A stretch of 64,000 bases of DNA from Nemertoderma westbladi. Lineage: Eukaryota; Animalia; Xenacoelomorpha. This document shows, piece after piece, positions 23,239 to 37,229 of the stretch; the stretch's first letter is position 1; every line of letters begins with the position of its first letter. The notes under the pieces are model-generated. The model saw nothing but the letters and a program-made list of their open reading frames with translations, searched no databases and was not told the origin of the DNA. The stretch is from positions 27,923-91,922 of the forward strand of contig JAUCBJ010008670.1 of assembly GCA_032718475.1 (NCBI GenBank), in the 5' to 3' direction. Made by a program: the position numbers and the translations under genes.

Positions 23239-23451
23239 GTTTTGGAAGCCTCTAAACGCTGCAACGGACGTTGCTCTCATTGTACCAATGATGGTGGTTC
23301 TATGACACTCAATGAACGATGGTGTCAGGACGAAGAAGAATGTGATTGTGACCCAACTTCTCATGTTGTCTGTAACGCTCACTACACACCAATATTATGC
23401 CATGCTAATATGGACATCAACAGCAAATGTGGTTTGTGCCACCAATATCTG
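23239..23451 (+). CDS. CAP/CRISP-ShKT gene, exon E (end of ShKT-1 plus Cys-rich segment); 3' boundary uncertain
   Basis: TTCAG acceptor; VLEASKRCNGRCSHC (C-x3-C-x2-C ShKT end) then WCQDEEECDCDPTSHVVCNAHYTPILCHANMDINSKCGLC. Confidence 0.65.
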
Positions 23452-23734
23452 GTTACACTATCATTTTAACTAAAATTGATTTTAACTAAATATATATTAT
23501 ATACATACCACTTTGTCACTCTGCATTGCCCTCAAACATCACAACAAGTCCAGCATGCTCAGTTAATAACCAAGGAGGATGACTTTTTCCAATATTATAT
23601 ATCTGCAAAGCTGATGTCAAGGTTTTAATGTATAAATAATTATAAATCTAGAAAATGGTATGTTTGGATTGTATGAATTTCCTACATATTTGGATCTGTC
23701 CTATTTGGTAAGTTTGAAAATACTTTCTGTGTAG

Positions 23735-23872
23735 ATTGTAAAGGTGTATTCGCCACAGTAATGCGATGTGATTCAAACGTTGGAGCCAATGATAAATGTG
23801 CTTTGTGTAACAATGATGTTGTTGAATGCCCTTCAGCCTTGGATGAACATGAAGATTCATGTCAGTTACCAG
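23735..23872 (+). CDS. CAP/CRISP-ShKT gene, exon F (Cys-rich, phase 1-1)
   Basis: TTTCTGTGTAG acceptor, GTTAGA donor; CKGVFATVMRCDSNVGANDKCALCNNDVVECPSALDEHEDSCQLP; not in the ORF track. Confidence 0.65.
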
Positions 23873-24738
23873 GTTAGAAGTTCTTATCACTATCTGTTTT
23901 TCAGTAAATCCGAAAACATACACAAAAATTTGTGAATTTGTTTTGGCCACCCAGATGCATACGTCTACTAACTGTGTTCAATGTATTCGCAAGCTGACTT
24001 TTATGTTTATACCTGGCTGAAGACATCCTCTTATATACTAGCTATCGAGAGATGAAGATACACATGAACTCCTGAACAGCACCTGTGTAAATATTCAATC
24101 AAAACAAAGGAGCATTTCTTTCTGCAAGGTGCCAATAACAGAGATCTTTGTAACAACTTTGAGGTTCTTTGGGTTTCTCGGGTCAATGGTTCCCAAATTT
24201 AAAAGAACTCAAAAAAGAACTTAAAGAACTTAAAAGAACTAAGAAAACCCAGAGCCCCCATGTTCATCTCTCATTTGTTTAAATTACATAATCGATCCTA
24301 AATCATGTGATATCCCATTGTTACCCCTTGAATCCTCAACTATTAATTACATTGGAGTAAAATTCTTTAATGCGACTGAATAGGTGAATGGTGTAATGCT
24401 GAAGTAATTTCTCGTATACACATGTATATTGCTATGGTAAATTTCCCCCAATTACATTTCAAAAAATATCTAAAGTAAATTTAAAATTGCAAGCAGTTAA
24501 TATTGGTCTAATTTGTAATAGTAATAAGTTATATTTTCACTGTAAATCTACTGTTTGCATTTATATATTTGTGCCAACCTTAGGCACAAGTGAAAAACTA
24601 ATTACAAATAAAAAAAAGCAACTGATTATATTTTATGGCTTGCGATTTTCTATATCTATGTTCTTATATATCAAGAGGTCAGTAATTTCTATTGCAAGAA
24701 ATGTAAATTCGTTATTATTTGTTATGTCATTAATATAG

Positions 24739-24900
24739 ACCCGTCATGCAGCGATCTTGAAGATATAGATGATAGTTGCGGACTTTGGGCCAATCTGTTA
24801 GTTCCGAGTGAATGCGATCGTAATCCGACATTTATGTATGAGTCTTGTGAAAGGACTTGTCGGGAACGAGATGGTTCATGTGTTGGAGGGCAAAGCGATG
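24739..24900 (+). CDS. CAP/CRISP-ShKT gene, exon G (ShKT domain 2)
   Basis: PSCSDLEDIDDSCGLWANLLVPSECDRNPTFMYESCERTCRERDGSC; phase 1-1, GTAAGT donor. Confidence 0.88.
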
Positions 24901-25089
24901 GTAAGTGGAAATATACTCTACTGAAACAATAAACATCTCCACCAACATTAATTATTTTGACGACTTGGGTTAATGTTAGAAGTTCCCATAGACTACTCAA
25001 TTATATGATGTTATGACAACCATGACTTCAGATGGATTATGATATTAATACCTCAATCAATCAAGAACCTCATACCTTTTGCTCAGCTG

Positions 25090-26060
25090 TAGTGTGAAGC
25101 TGGATCTCGCACTGGGATGTTGCAACAGAGAGGACCAGTCATACCGCGGCAAGGCAGATTTCTTTGTTCTGCTAGCACGCAGACTAAGTCTTACCTTGTA
25201 TTGTGGTAGAAATTGTTCACCTCCCCTACTGGGGCAACACTAGTTGGAGAATGGCACACAATCAGAACCACCTTAGGAAACTTCTTAGCCAGTCTTCCAG
25301 AACAAAATAAGTGGCAATGGATGATGCTGCTAGAGATTTGGTCTATTTTGTCCAATGCTGCATGTGCAGTAGTTGGATTCATCAATAGACCAATCCCACC
25401 TTATTGCCACTACCATCTTCTGGTGCAAGGGTGAGTCGCCAACCGCCCCCATCAGAACCCCATCAATCTGTCCAATCTGCATTTGGTGCTCTTGAATACC
25501 CACTGCGCTAAGAGAAAGCTTATCTGCCAAGGTAGTCAGCTCACCTTGTCGCATTGGGGACCCGAGTGTTAGGTTGTTAACAGAGGCTAGTCTAGTGACC
25601 TCAGATTCACCAATAGCTTGGTTGGTCGGGTTGGGACATGAGAGTAGCCTCAAACTCCAGAATCCCTCTCCCCCTCACAATCTGATATCCCTGGTGACCC
25701 AGGGTTTGGGCCAGAAAGGTCATCAGGAAAGGCACTCAAAGAATTGTTGGCCACTCTCTCTCCAGTAGGGGGTGAGACAGGCAGCCGGTCAGGAATTAAC
25801 TGACGCCTGTGAGGCCAATTGTGTCTGGTAATTCCACTGGCCTCTAATGGCCGGACCTCCGCTTTACTAATGTAATCCATAGTGGGGGTTGGGGGGGGGG
25901 GGGGGGGGTGCTTTTTTGCCAAGTCAGCTCTCAGGGCAAATGTCACACCCTGGTTTGCCATTCGACAGGGTGGGTGCTGCAGCGGAGTCAGATATGAGGC
26001 CCATCACCCATACCTACTCTGACGACATGATCAATTACCTAGAATACCTGACCTGACCTG
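25090..26060 (-). mobile_element. 5' relic of an RTE-like LINE (endonuclease N-terminus)
   Basis: RLASVNNLTL...ELTTLADKLSLSAVGIQEH resembles the start of an APE domain; multiple stops and frameshifts. Confidence 0.6.
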
Positions 26061-27710
26061 ATTGAATGATACCATCTATTTGGTGGTCTAATCGTAAAGA
26101 GCAGATAATTCATTATATAAGAAATTGGCTCTGATAAGGGGTGTATTTTTATGGCATACATTTTGCATTAATATTCAATGTTTTTTTTCTCAATGTATTT
26201 GTTTTATTACTCCTCTAAAACATAGAAGATATCATAAAGTATAATGTACAATAGGTAACCATCAGCCTGTTAAAAGTCAACCAAATCAGTAACTTCCCTT
26301 GAATACCTGTTCTATGTAACATCTCCAGGAGTCACCCCAGTGCCAAAGGATTTGGTTATGTCGCAGAATAAGACTTGTGATACATTGCCACCATCCCATG
26401 CCCGGCACTAGTCATCATATGTTTGAGGAGTTGATTCACACAGCTGTCCCTGGAAATGAATCCTGATTAGCTAGCAGTTATTTTGCTTAGTAAAAAAAAG
26501 TGTTTTCTAAATAAATATAGAATAAACATTATACTAAATAAATATTAAATAATTAAATATTAAATATTAAACAAAAATAAATATTCGATAGTTATTAATG
26601 TAGTGCAAATTTATAAATATTATCTGTGCATTTCAATTTTACCCCGAAAGGGGGTGTACATTAAACTATTAAATAAATATAGATTCTAATAACTTTGACA
26701 GATTATTTAGTAATGATATGTGGTGATAGTTTCCCTGTAGATTATATTCTTGTTTTTATAAAACATTGGCACGATATACGAATCCTTCCATCGATGGGTT
26801 GAATTTGAGTAAAAGGTTGTAGATATGTTAGTGATTGTGAGGGTGGCGGATGGGTTGAAACCACCATTAAATGATTTAAATATGGTGGTTTTTTTCTCCC
26901 TAAAACTCGCCTCGTTTAAGAAACCACTATTTCTATAATAAAATTATAAAAGTTTTACACTTTTTTTTAAAAGCGGTTGTAATTAACTCTTATGTCAGTA
27001 CCACTCAAATTAATATTATACATCGTTAATTATAAACACTTTTCTTTTTCTAAAAGTTCCAAATTTAAAATCTATGTTATACTTTACAACCTAGGGTGTA
27101 AATCACTAAATATAAGTTTGGTTTTTTCAGTGAATGTATGATTGTAAAAGACACACAGTTTTGTTATCAAAATAATGCTTTGTTTCATTTTTTTCTTTTA
27201 TAATACATTCACAAATAAATGTAATGTGTTCAAATATGATAATTGCTACTGTGTTGCTACTTTAAGAAATGTTGGTACAGGGCATGGTAGAGCTTGATTT
27301 TGTCAATAGTATACATTATATCACATGTATATAATTGGGGAATATTGTGGGTAAGTATAATTGGTATTATAAAACTTTATTTATAGGGTTTGTGTAAATA
27401 CTATGGTTGTTGGGGTGTTTGTTTATAAAGGTATTTATTGTTTGCAAAGGGTACTTGACTCATGATTAATTCTATGTAATATAATTAGTTTAACACATTG
27501 AATATATTTTTATGCACCAGTAATTGATTGCATTTACACTTCCCAATTGTGGGGAACTTATTGAAAAAAAAACCCAAGTCTTAATAGGTTTGTCAGAAAA
27601 TAATGCTCATTTGTACCTGATTTATGGAGTATTGTCTTGATAAAAACCTGGGTTTCACCACTGACAAATAATGGGTTTACATGGACCATTTGTTTTTCGT
27701 TTTAATAAAG

Positions 27711-27869
27711 GTCCTTTATGTAGTGAATTGACTGATACGAGTGGAGAAAGCTGTGATTATTGGGCCAATGGCCTAGGAGAATGCGAAAACAATCCCGGGT
27801 TTATGATGACTGCTTGTGAAAAAACATGTCGAATGAAAGATGGAAGCTGCAATACAGACGAACCTGGTG
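27711..27869 (+). CDS. CAP/CRISP-ShKT gene, exon H (ShKT domain 3)
   Basis: PLCSELTDTSGESCDYWANGLGECENNPGFMMTACEKTCRMKDGSC; phase 1-1, GTGAGT donor; paralogous to exon G. Confidence 0.9.
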
Positions 27870-28152
27870 GTGAGTTTCACTTAAAATTTTTGATTTCTGT
27901 AAAATAAAAATGAAAATTTATCATTGATTATATAAATAAATACATGAACCGAAGAGTTAGCAAGACTATAGTGTGTATAACTCAGGACTATAGTGGGTAT
28001 AATTTCTCACTCAGGACTATAGTGGGTATAATTTCTCACTCAAGCAAGGAATGGGGAATGATTATATTCGAATATTGTCATTTTGTACCAGACTTCTGTA
28101 GTCAATATACAAATATTTTTAGTTATGTAATATTTTATATAATATATGCATG

Positions 28153-28860
28153 CTACTACTACTACTACTAGGATCGGCATGCTGCATTTTTAACAATGCT
28201 GTGCCTGCTTGTTGACAAAACTGCGCCACCTAACTCCTTATCACCCATGACATTTCCTAGATCATCCGCATCTTCAAGGCCAGTGTCCTTTAATATGAGT
28301 CTCAAGAAAGACATGGGCTGTCCACCATGCTTATTCACTCCATGAGGCTGCCAAAGCACAAGATTATGGCGAAAGCAATGTCCTGCAAAGCGGAGGCGAC
28401 TTTGTTCTAATGTCAAGCTTGGGGGAACCAATGAGAAACCTCCAATGTTATATAGTGTCTGGTTGGTGATGTGTGCATTGTACTTGACACAATGAACCCG
28501 GCGTAGCATTCTTGTGAATGTGCCATCCAGAGATTTGGTGTCCTCAGCAGTTAGAGCCCAGCATGGACTCCCATAGAGGAGTACTGGAACTACTGCTGCT
28601 ATAAATAATCGGACCTTTAGTTTCCGATTAATTCTCAGTGACTTCCAAATCCTGGAAAGCATATTCAAGGCTGCCCATGTCTTTCCCTTACGTATTCGAA
28701 GGTCCTCACCTGACTTCCGGATCCATTATATGCATGCAATATATAATCAGTCGCCAGTTCGTGCCACCAGGCCCAGAAAGGCAGTCTGATCGCCACCAGT
28801 ATCCCATTAATCGATTACTTGATCAGAGTGGGTTCATAAGCCACGTCAACTAAGGAAGTC
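28153..28860 (-). mobile_element. 5'-truncated RTE-clade LINE with a (TAG)n tail
   Basis: LKVRLFIAAVVPVLLYGSPCWALT...RLRFAGHCFR; (CTA)n on the plus strand at 28153-28170. Confidence 0.85.
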
Positions 28861-31637
28861 ATCAAATGCTACCGATATCAAATGCTTCAATCCCACCTGG
28901 ACGTCATTGCCGACTTTGCAAAAGTTGTGCCCAACAAAAAAGTTATAATCAAATGCTACAGTGCCTTGGGCACCATTGAAGGCAAAGGCTTGAGTATGTA
29001 TCTATACAATAGTAATGCATTCATATCCCAGGAGGCACCTAATTAACAAGTTATCCTTTTATACCATATTTACTTTGTGTTTTAATTTGCGCACCACAAA
29101 CTTATATTGTGCATGAGTCGTATGGTGTAAATAATATAAATTACCCTGCGTAGCATTTGGTCTACCAGTGGAAATCCATAGGCTGTGCCAAAATATTGCC
29201 TTGTTCCAACCAGGCAAAGTGCAGTTGTTGACATTTGGGCCGTAACCGCCCGCTTTGTCTCCCTGTGGCTGTGGGTGGGGCAGAGCACCTGTTGCGAGGT
29301 TTAATGCCTCTAAAATATCAAAAGTGTAAATATCTATAAACTAAATGATCAACGTTCGTGCAAAAACTATCGTTACATTCAATACAATTTATGTCAATAT
29401 CATTTAGCTTTTGATTAAGCGTATGATGAAACTTGTTTTTGATCTTCATCAGCCCGGCAATACGATGGCTTACTGTTAAAAGTAGGTCTAACATCGAGTA
29501 GACTAACATCGAAATCATTTGCAATAAATTTGACGTAAATCGCGCAATGATTAGATAAAGTTAGCACCACAATGCAATGCACCAGCTTCAGAACAAACAT
29601 TTAACATTTAATTTTTACTTTTACATTTAATCTTTACTTTTTTTTATTTAAAAATCAATTTGTTTACATTTAATTTCGCTCATCCTACTCATTTTCTATT
29701 GATAGATGGGTAAATGCTGAAATATTTGAGCTTATTTATCTATATTATGGTTATAATGACATTGAAAAATTAATGTTATTGCTTACCTTAAGCAACTTGG
29801 CAATGGAAGGGCATATATATCCTTTATTCAACAATTTAATATGTAGATTTTCGTCCACATTTAAACTTTCACTGGTCGTTATATCATTACTATTGCGTTT
29901 AAATATAAGAAGTTTTACATCTCGTTTAACTCCCTTTACTTTAATAATGATAATATCTTTTGTATATGTGAGATTGTCCTCAACAACATGACGTAATTTT
30001 GCAATCTTTGTTTTCTTCTTATGCCCTGTTCACATCCAATGGTGCGTGAGTGGTAAAGTAGTCTGACGGTATTGAAGCAGTAAGCCAGCGGTACACTACC
30101 TGGTGCCCGTTCACACCCAACGTTACCATTACGGTAACATATTGTCTATCTGTTGACTGTGAAATCAACAGGAAATTACTTTAATTGTTTTAACATTGTT
30201 TAAATAAATGGGCTGCGGTAAACCACGCGGTTTATCGCACACTTGACTGCAATAAAGAAATAATATACTAAAATATAAATCGAAGATTTTATTATAAACG
30301 GTAACAATGCGCTTCTTTACATTATCTGATTATACAAATTCCACATCTATCGCCCTTCCCAAGCAATGCTCAATTTTCGGATTGCAAGTGTCAAGAGGTG
30401 ATAAATAGGACTGTCTGAAGAAATCTGAAAACTAAGGACTATCCAGTCCAGTCCAACATAGATCCATTTCATCCACACTGCATACTGGTGGTAACCAACT
30501 ACCAGCAGCTAAATATTACTTTCTGGAATGTGGAATCTGGGATGCGGAAATATAATAGGTGCCCACCCCACCCGCACTTGCTTCACATGCTTTTTTTCCT
30601 TCGCTTCAGTTTGGTGTTTACTATAATATCATTGTATTTGGGAGTCTCAAAAATTTTACTCAATTAGATTCAGTCTTATTCGCAAAATTCCATTGATGAA
30701 TGGTATCTCTTCACAAGTTACAATTCATCAAAAAAGGGTTTAAATGCTATGCTAACTACTGAAATGACAAAACCAAAGCCGACAACCATTATTTAAATTA
30801 AACTAATAAATGCTACATATGCGTTTCATATTAGTCATAGTTGGGTGACTGTTGTTATTGCTTATCAGCAGCTGGCATCGCCATATCCCATATGATTCAA
30901 AATTATACTTAATACATAATAAATAAGTATTAAATAAATATATAAATAGGAAATTTAAATAAATAAATAAAAATAATTTGTCTATATTGGACCACTTGCA
31001 GGGTGTGTATGTAACGTACATGACACTGAGAGTGCTGGATATTGTCGGGGTATGCAGATGAATCCAGGGACAGATTGCAACACCAATGTGGCTTGGATGC
31101 ATACAAAATGTGCGAAAACATGCGACTTATGCGATTGCAATTATGAAGGTAATAATAAAATAAATACACATTTAATATGACTAACATGACAACTCCTCTA
31201 ATGAGACTGCACCAACTGGGACATTCAATGTTTAAAGTCTTTCACTGCCGCAAACTTCAACTCAACACGTTTTTCCCTAAATTATCCTAAAATTCATTAA
31301 AAATCATCCTAAAATTTAATTGGTTGTATTAAATATTTGTGTTAAATAATAACTACTATTCATATAACAGGGACCTCAATTCTCACAATTGAACACAATT
31401 CTCAATGAGTGAAGAAAGCATTAAGGCAATTATTGAAAAGACAAGTTCTGCTGTATGTTATCTTATTTATTATTGTTATTTGTTGTCCTGTTAAATCCTC
31501 TCAGGATTAGTGGCTTAGGTTACAATGCCCACTTATTAGCAATTAACTTCTAATTGGGTTTTGTTCAAAGGTAGTTAGTTATTAATGAAGTAACGTATTG
31601 CATTATATGATTGATATATACTGTATTTGTTATGCAG

Positions 31638-31691
31638 ACTGTGTTGATGAAGCTGACGAAGATCAATGGTGTCCAGATTGGGCAGACCAAG
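31638..31691 (+). CDS. CAP/CRISP-ShKT gene, exon I (first half of ShKT-4)
   Basis: TTATGCAG acceptor, GTAAAT donor; CVDEADEDQWCPDWADQ; phase 1-1. Confidence 0.8.
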
Positions 31692-31981
31692 GTAAATATT
31701 ACATTACTAATACTCTGTTACTTCAGTACAGTACTCCATTACTAGTGTAACCATCTTAATTTATCACGGTTCCAGACCTGATTTTATCCGAAATATTATA
31801 AAGAGATTGATCATTAAAAGTATTAAAAGTAATTTAACTTGCCAACTATAGTCTAAATGTTTCCAAATAAGAACTGCAAAATTATTAGCATTTATTTTTG
31901 CAGGAGCTTTTCTGCCAGGTCTAAATTAAATTATGTAAATATGATAGTGAACATAATATTACAAGATATTTAATGTATTAG

Positions 31982-32082
31982 GCCTATGTCAAGGGAATGC
32001 CCAGTATATGCACTCTAGATGTCAGACGTCCTGTGGATCATGCAACGCTCTGAAGGTAAAGAAGCAGAATGGAGCCAAGTGA
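31982..32082 (+). CDS. CAP/CRISP-ShKT gene, probable terminal exon J (second half of ShKT-4, stop)
   Basis: GLCQGNAQYMHSRCQTSCGSCNALKVKKQNGAK* completes the 6-Cys ShKT pattern in phase with exon I. Confidence 0.8.
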
Positions 32083-33641
32083 TATGTGTAGAAGATAGCA
32101 TAACAAACTGGTTGGGGAATCATATCATTGTTAATATTCAATGTTCATTATAATTATAAACATCTGGTGATGGGAGATAGACATTATACACTTATGTTTA
32201 TATTTATTTCACTAAAGATTTATGTTCGATAATCAATTTTTGCTTGTTAGGGGACCACAACTAAATTAATTTTCTCTTGCAGAATATTGCGGATAGGAAT
32301 TAGGGCTGGTAATCATGGAGGGTTATTGAAATCCCGGGATTCTGGGATCAGAAATGGTCCAATCCCAGGATCCCGGGATAAATATAATCCAGGTGAAAAA
32401 ATACTATTATCAATTAATACCTTTGAATATTCGTCTTTTTAATTAATATTATTGATTTACAACTGATAGTTAACATATCATTTTATTAATATTAATACTA
32501 CTGTATTATACTACAGTTTTGATTTGAAAAAAATCTTAAAAAGATTAGGTCATCAAGAGTTATGTCCCCAAGACGATCTTAGTTTGGTGCAAAGGTTACC
32601 ACAGGCCGAGAATACTCATTCAGGTTCCACAGATGTGGGGATAATTTCCTTTAAATTGTTATATATTAAGGTTAAATGGTGTTCCAGATTTCCTGTATGT
32701 TCCCATTCTATCTCATTCTATAAAACTGACGCATGAACTCGATCTAACATAATAGACAAACTGTTCCAACGGGTTTTAGTGTCTAATATAAGTCTCTCTT
32801 CATTACCTTCTGTAATATAGGTTAGAAGAATATCGTTTTTTAGCTGTCACTGACTCACTGTCTAAACATGGCAATAATCTTCCTAGTTTTGTCTATTACT
32901 TCCCGAATACGCTCGTCACTATTTTGATTCATATCCTCATTGTCACTGTCACAATAACTGATGATGTCTTCTTTATCAATATCTATTCTACCTGTGTATA
33001 ACAATAAGTATAATAAATATTAGATAATAATACTGGAGTTAAAATGCTGAAATCAACTGTCTCAGAGTCCAGAAATCAGTCTGGCTGTTTGAAGAAAACG
33101 GACATGAAAAGTAATCAAATTGGCAAAAAGCCATTATGGAAAAAAATAGTTTTAATTTGTTTTTAAAAAAACACACACATAAAATATCACTACTTACTCA
33201 ATATGTGCCTTGGACTATTCTAAATGATGTCAAATGTTTATGTCTAGCTACTGGATCAATTATCATACAACTAAGCATTTTAATGCTAAATTTATTTGTA
33301 AATCTTCAGATTTACTTACTATAAAAAATCGTGTCTGTTTGTCACGCGAAAGGCTCCGAAACTATCCGGTCAATTGTGTTGGTTTTAGTACCCTCCTTTA
33401 GTGTATGATCTGGTGTATAAAGCCATTTTCAGAAAAATACAGTCATTAGTTTTTGCACAAAATGAAATGGTAAATGCAATGGTAAAATAACACCAATAAC
33501 AGCTGGTGTTCATGAATAAAAATGGCTTATGTAATGGATTTCTACACATGCTTAGTATAAATCGTTATAAGGGTTGCATTTGTGTGTGTTAAATATTTTA
33601 TACAGCTGATCGCCTTCTCAGTTAACCGTTTCAGTCCCCCC

Positions 33642-36128
33642 CAGTGGCGTGGTGGGACCCAGTAAGGGGTCCGGGAAATCCCAAAATAAGGGCCCATTCC
33701 TAAATGCTAGATCACCTCGAATTTTGACCACCCCCCCCCCCCCCCTTCACAGCCTCATGCACAAAATATTTTCTAGAAAAAGGCTTTTATAAAGTTTTAA
33801 AGAAACAAATATAATGGCACAATTAATCATAATAATACTGTATAAGTAGTGATATAGGGCAGTACACAATATATTTATTTAAATGATTTTTACTTTTTAC
33901 CGCGAAGTTTCGATTTAGTTATTTATAGTTGTTGCATAGGCTTCAAAATGTAGAGCTTCCTTCGCAAAGTTTTTCAATTATAAAGATGGTTCAAATTCCT
34001 TGGTACAACACCTGTTTAAATTCATCAGGAGAAATGCCTCCAAATGTTAGTGAGATTGCATGAAACTTGAAATAGAGGTAGAATCACGCAACTCCTGGGT
34101 GGGTCGTGGGTGAGTCAGACTTTCAACTATTAGAGTACAAGCGTTTAAAAAAAGGTCGATATTGCACCAGTTACACCATACACCGCAGTTATTCTTCAAC
34201 CTTATCTGCCTACTGCGTATAATAGTAACATTCGTTGTCTCCTCTAAATAAAGTTAAAGTTGGTATAATAGTTACTCGTACAAGATATCCGTACAAAATA
34301 ACAAATAACAGTTCAATAAAGATAGTTGTAAAGGGAAAAAATTTACTTTTGAACCCAGAAAACGTTTATAGGCAATAAAATAAAAATAACCAAAAGGTAA
34401 TACAACATTGTTGCGCGGGTGTTGCCTGCATGTATTTTACACGTTTTTGTGTGGTATTGTCAAATAATTTACAATAGTTTTTGAGTTATTCAAAAAAATC
34501 AAGTCTCCCCTAAAGTCAAGTCTCCCTCACTCTCCCTAGTGAAGGAAAGCTGGAGAAAAGGATTCCAAATATCTATAATTTCGTTGTAAAATGGCCGACA
34601 TATTCAATAATTAGGGCGTTCAATAATGTTGCATATAGTGTTGCACCTCTACATTCTTAAAGTTAATTAAGCCATGGGACTGGGAGTGGCAGAATAAAAC
34701 ACGATAAAGTGAATAAAGAATAAATTCAATTAAAAGCACCGTCACTTAGATATACTGAAGTAGAGTTGATGAATCCGGTGGAGATTCTATTTAATAAATA
34801 CACCATATTCTGGAACATTTTGTTAATGTATGAATAGCTACATAATAGTATGATTAAAGAGTTATTGCATAGTTGCCCATCTACGTATTGATAAACAAAA
34901 TGTTCCAGAATTTATTATGGTGTATTTATTAAATATAATAAAATAATCTCACAGAGGTGCAAAACTATGTAACATTTGAACGCTCACATCTCGGCTATTG
35001 TTCAACGAAATTCAGATTGTGTTACATATTTGGAATCCTTGCATGTTCAGCTTTCCATCCGTACAAACATATCTCAATAACGTTAAATAAAAACTTCGGT
35101 ATAACTGGTGCAATAACGACCGAGGAACCTTTTTTTAAACGCTTTTAGCTAAAAAATGAGAACAAAAATAAAATTTCTGACTCACCCACCCAACCCACGA
35201 GGGTCAAATTTCATGCAATCCCATTCAGATTTGTATAAAAACAATGTTTTTTTTTTTTGGGGGGGGGGGGGGGTGTAGCTGAATAACGACACTATATTCC
35301 AGGAAATGGTGTACTACTGTACTGTAATCAGGTAGGTGTATAACAATGAGTGTAATATGAAGACTGACAGGACATTGGGAATTAACAGTTATTACATACT
35401 ATCCAATGAATTTTAGACTAACTGACCAATCAGACAACATGTTGACCAGCGTTCTCAGATAAGATTACATCATTTTTATTACATTAGAGTACCTACCTAC
35501 CTACCTACCTCTATTTCATGGGAGATGACTGGTCAGCTCAGGTGAGCAACTATATAGTTATGTACATACACAGCACACAGCATTAGAAGGGAAGAGGGCG
35601 CCCCCCTACTGTGGTCAATTAGGCTCCCTTTTCTAAATAACAACTCAATATTTGTCTTACAGACTACTGCTAAAGAAAGGCTGGCCATTATTGGGTAATG
35701 AATGAGGCAGGGTATAGAACAGGTGCAGTTGGAGTATGTCTCCATCGTGAATTCTATCTGGTCTGGCGGGCTGGCACTAAATGTAACTTCAACACAGTTT
35801 GCCTTGCTTGACGCCTGGGGGGACTTTTTCAATATAGAATAATAATGGTATGTGCTCCTACCAACGTATACTACCCCCCCCCCCCCCCCCCCATCATCCT
35901 CTCCAAACTTCTTAGATTAGTGATGTGCGTGGTAACTGCGACATGGGGCCTTTGTAAATATTGTTTTGGTTTCGTTGCTTATATTTTATTGGAAAAATGT
36001 AATACCTGCTACTATATTTTTTTTTATAACGTCAATATAATTTTCTACCACTGGGGGGCCCGAGGGGCCCAGATCGTCAAGGGGGCCCGGGAATTTTCCC
36101 GAATAGATGTATGGCCACCACGCCACTG
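33642..36128. mobile_element. Possible old hAT-like element bounded by CAGTGGCGTGGTGG inverted termini, with nested fragments
   Basis: CAGTGGCGTGGTGG at 33642 and CCACCACGCCACTG ending at 36128, with GGGCCC subterminal motifs; no matching 8-bp TSD. Confidence 0.4.
34785..35311. mobile_element. Partial copy of the long-TIR MITE family
   Basis: Shares AACGAAATTCAGAT..GTTACATAT..GAATCCTTGCA and the terminus CACTATATTCCAGGAAATGGTG|TA with 17430-21331. Confidence 0.75.
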
Positions 36129-37229
36129 CCAGGACGCATATTACCAATTGAGGTATCGTTTCAGCCTAATTAACATATTAACTTAATTTCGCGAATATTT
36201 GATTTTTATATTCACTATTTTAAACATTTTGAACATTTTAAGGAATTTGCATTTTCCTAATTAGCTAAAAACAAGTAGCAGCATGACCTACTACTATCTT
36301 TAGTACCGGTAGGTCAGTAGGTCATTGTAAAATTATGTTTTCATTCCGTTCCATATGTTCTTCCCACTGAAGCAAATAAATGGATGTGACTCAACTTTCC
36401 CACACCCAGTCAGTCGCATCTCTAATTACGAGTTGGGTCTGCTGATGCTCTTATATATTGATCTGAATTGCCATCATATGACTGCTGTGTTTCTTGTCCA
36501 CTTCTTCTCTCAGTGGGACTCAATAATTCAACCGCTCTTGTAACAGCACAGCAGATAAACAGTAGAATGATGCAAAATATCGATTATTAAAAACATATGC
36601 GCCTGAAAGCTAACACTAACTGTGGCGTGATGATAGCAACAGGATTTAGAATGCCATCCATACTTGAAGGAGTAGCATTCTAGTGTGAAATTGGTAATTT
36701 GTGGAAATTTGTGCAACACTGTTTATCTTCATTACAAACATGTGAAAGACCTAATATTCATTCTTTATAACTTTCCAGCAAGTCCTTGTGTAATTCATCC
36801 AAAGATAATTGTAGATGTAGTCACAACTTGAGAAGTTATCTCTCTTTAACACCTTCCTTCGCGACAGCAAGAGAACTGGAGGTCCCCAAATCCTGAAATC
36901 TGTCGACAAAATTGCCTAACTAGAACATATTAGAAATATTAGATAATTAATTAAATCAGTAACAAAATAAGAAATCTAGGGGGGGTGTGTGTGTAAGTTA
37001 GTCTGTTTCATTGGGGAGGGGGGGGGGGGGGGGGTGTATGTTAGTTTGTTCCGTGGGGGGGGGGACTATTTAGGGACCATGGACCACCTCATAGAGTCCC
37101 TCGTTGTTAGTGAGTGAGGGGTCCACGGTTCCCATAATGGAGGCCGCATTGCCGACCAGGATGGCGATTTCCAGCCTTTGCAGGAGGAAGCGGTGAGATC
37201 GGGGCTCCTGGATGACTTACTACCAATCT

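Noticed and set aside
23652-23707. Extra micro-exon with a GTAAGT donor before exon F
   Set aside because: It would need a 27-nt intron, implausibly short without transcript evidence
30020-31260. Harbinger-like element (GCCCTGTTCACA terminus, SAYP-like fragment)
   Set aside because: No matching second terminus or convincing transposase frame found by eye
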